Origin: Takakia lepidozioides
Lineage: Eukaryota > Plantae > Bryophyta
Assembly (NCBI GenBank): GCA_030704615.1
Contig: CM060732.1
Location: 56,916,001-56,980,000, forward strand
Direction: 5' to 3'
Length of the DNA: 64,000 nucleotides
The notes below the pieces were generated by a model. That model did no database searches and was not told the DNA's origin. It saw nothing but the letters and a program-made list of their open reading frames with translations. The first letter of the stretch is position 1. Every line of letters starts with the position of its first letter. Below are positions 62,120-64,000 of this stretch, piece after piece. A program made the translations under genes and the position numbers.

Positions 62120-64000
62120 ATGGACGCGTCATCTACATCTAAGCCCACTGGACTTAAGGTTGCAGTTACGGAGGACAATTGGGAGCCTGACATTGGACCC
62201 ATTGTCACCGGAGGAGAGAGACGACATATACGGCGGTTCCTGAGGGCTTACAGGAATTGCTTTGCCTTCAGTTTGAAGGACTTGGGAGCACTGAAGGGTC
62301 AAGAGATTCGTATTGAGTGGGCCACTGACACGCCAATCTTTCGGAGACCCTATAGATACAGTGACATGGAGAGGTCTTTGATTCAGATGAGGACTCAAGA
62401 TCTTTGGGAGGCTGGTTTGGTGGAGCTCTCTGGTGGAGAGTATGCTTTAGCCACAGTGATGCCAGCCAAGAAGGATGTCTATGACAATTGGACGGAGAGA
62501 CGTATGTGCGGTGATTACCGGCCTGTAAATTGTCAGACCAAGTCCGATAAGTATGCCATGCCAACACCAAAGGAGATCTTTGATGCCATCGGGCATGCTA
62601 AGGTCTTTAGCACTTTGAATTTACGATCCGGATATCACTAGTTGCCAATCAAGGAGGCGGACAAGCAAAAGACGACATTCTAGGGTATCAATGAGCACGG
62701 CAAGGATTGCCTATATCAGTGGCGGTTCTTACCATTTGGGCTTAAGAATGCTCCTGCAGAGTTTCAGAGAATCATGGATAGGATTCTAGCAGGGGTGGAC
62801 TTTGCTCGGTGCAACATAGATGACATCATCATCTTTAGTGTTACGGTGGAGGAGCATGAGAGACACCTTCAGGTGGTATTGGAGCGCTTGAGAGCACATG
62901 GATTGAAGTTGCATCCGGGGAAGTGCAAGTTTTTCCACAATCAGATTGAGTATCTAGGTCACATGATATATCCTGGAGGATTGGGGGGTTACAACAGACT
63001 AAGGTAGATGCCATTGCATAAATTCCACGCCCCATGCATGTGAGCCGAGTTCGAGCTTTCATGGGATTAGCAAACTATTATAGACGGTTTATCAAGGGAT
63101 TTAGTGCCTTTGCAAAGGCTCTAACCAAGCTGACCAAGGTGGCCAGAAGTGGCAGTGGGAAGATGAGCAGGAACAAACTTTTCAAAAGCTCAAAACGAGG
63201 TTGACCTCGGCGCCTATCCTGAGACGACCTATCAGGGGGTATCCCTTTCAGCTGCATACGGATTGGAGCATGCTGGGGCTTGGAGCGGTGCTCACACATG
63301 TGGATGATGAGGGAAGAGAGTTCGTAGTGGCTTATGCTAGCCGCTCGAACAACGCTGCAGAGGCTAAGTACAGCTCATATGAGGGAGAGTGCTTAGCTGC
63401 AGTATGGGACGTGGCACATTTCAGGTGCTATCTATACGACAATCTCTTCACCCTTGTCATGGATCACCAACCACTCAAGTGGTTGATGGAGTCAGACAAG
63501 CTTATAGGGAAGCTTGCACGGTGGGCACTCATACTCCAGGAGTACGACTTTCAAGTTGTGCATCGACCGGGTTTGGTCAATCGGGATGCGGATGGATTGA
63601 GTCGCAATCCATGCACGAGCCAACAAGATAACACTGGAGCTCAGTGGCATGGTGAGACGGACAAGGAGATGGTGTCGGGATGGCATGCATCTGCATTTTT
63701 GTGTATCTTGGCATCGGGAGGTCAGGTTGGACCTACAACAGGGATGATTGTAGACATAGTGTCTGAGGACCTTGAGGCTAGTGATGAGCCAGGTGGTACC
63801 CGAAATATACATGAGGATTCGGCTGTGTTGGACTACCTCCGTACTGGAGACACGGCAGCCACTGTGACTGCCAAGGAGAGGGATCGGATCCTGCAACGAG
63901 CCAAGAGGTTCAAGTGGGAGAGGATACATATGCTCCGAGTATGGGAGGATAGTCAGGTGAGGATTGTGCCTCACCCCACACAGCGTGCACGGTTAGTACG
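62120..64000 (+). pseudogene. Copy C: RT and RNaseH, truncated by the window end before the integrase core
   Basis: MCGDYRPVN, LNLRSGYH, CNIDDIIIF, LHTDWS, VAYASR, DADGLSR. Confidence 0.9.

Larger units (their letters stand above)
48588..64000 (+). mobile_element. DNMT-carrying Gypsy retrotransposon copy C; runs off the window end and is interrupted by chromovirus D
   Basis: Begins TGTCA with a B-like segment (48588-48914) homologous to 1873-2237. Leader, gag, PR, DNMT, RT and RH are colinear with copy A. Confidence 0.9.

Overview
Eukaryotic genomic DNA, most likely from a non-seed land plant (bryophyte-like; inferred from the CSI1 gene and TE types). A central gene island (~18.8-44 kb) is flanked by nested Ty3/Gypsy LTR-retrotransposon clusters. 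The island holds an uncharacterised ~1370-aa protein with SIM and PP1-docking-like motifs, a complete CSI1/POM2 (ARM repeat + C2) gene, and a tentative minus-strand gene. The main signal is a Gypsy family present twice: copy A at 1873-17634 (both termini present) and copy C at 48588 to beyond 64000. Its polyprotein reads Gag-protease-DNMT3-like cytosine methyltransferase-RT-RNaseH-integrase-PHD finger (integrase and PHD seen only in A). Copy A has split, circularly permuted terminal repeats (B-internal-A-GC-B-A) with a 4-bp TSD and a palindromic CA-GC-TG internal junction. Both copies have a tRNA-independent primer site that covaries with a hairpin loop. Together this suggests self-priming and integration of a 2-LTR circle by a DDE integrase. 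Three chromoviruses are nested with these copies; one is tRNA-Met primed and two are Tf1-type self-priming. Also present: a Copia fragment, a Harbinger MITE, two tRNA-SINEs and several 3' LINE remnants. All TE ORFs are decayed. Coordinates were read by eye; no database searches were run.
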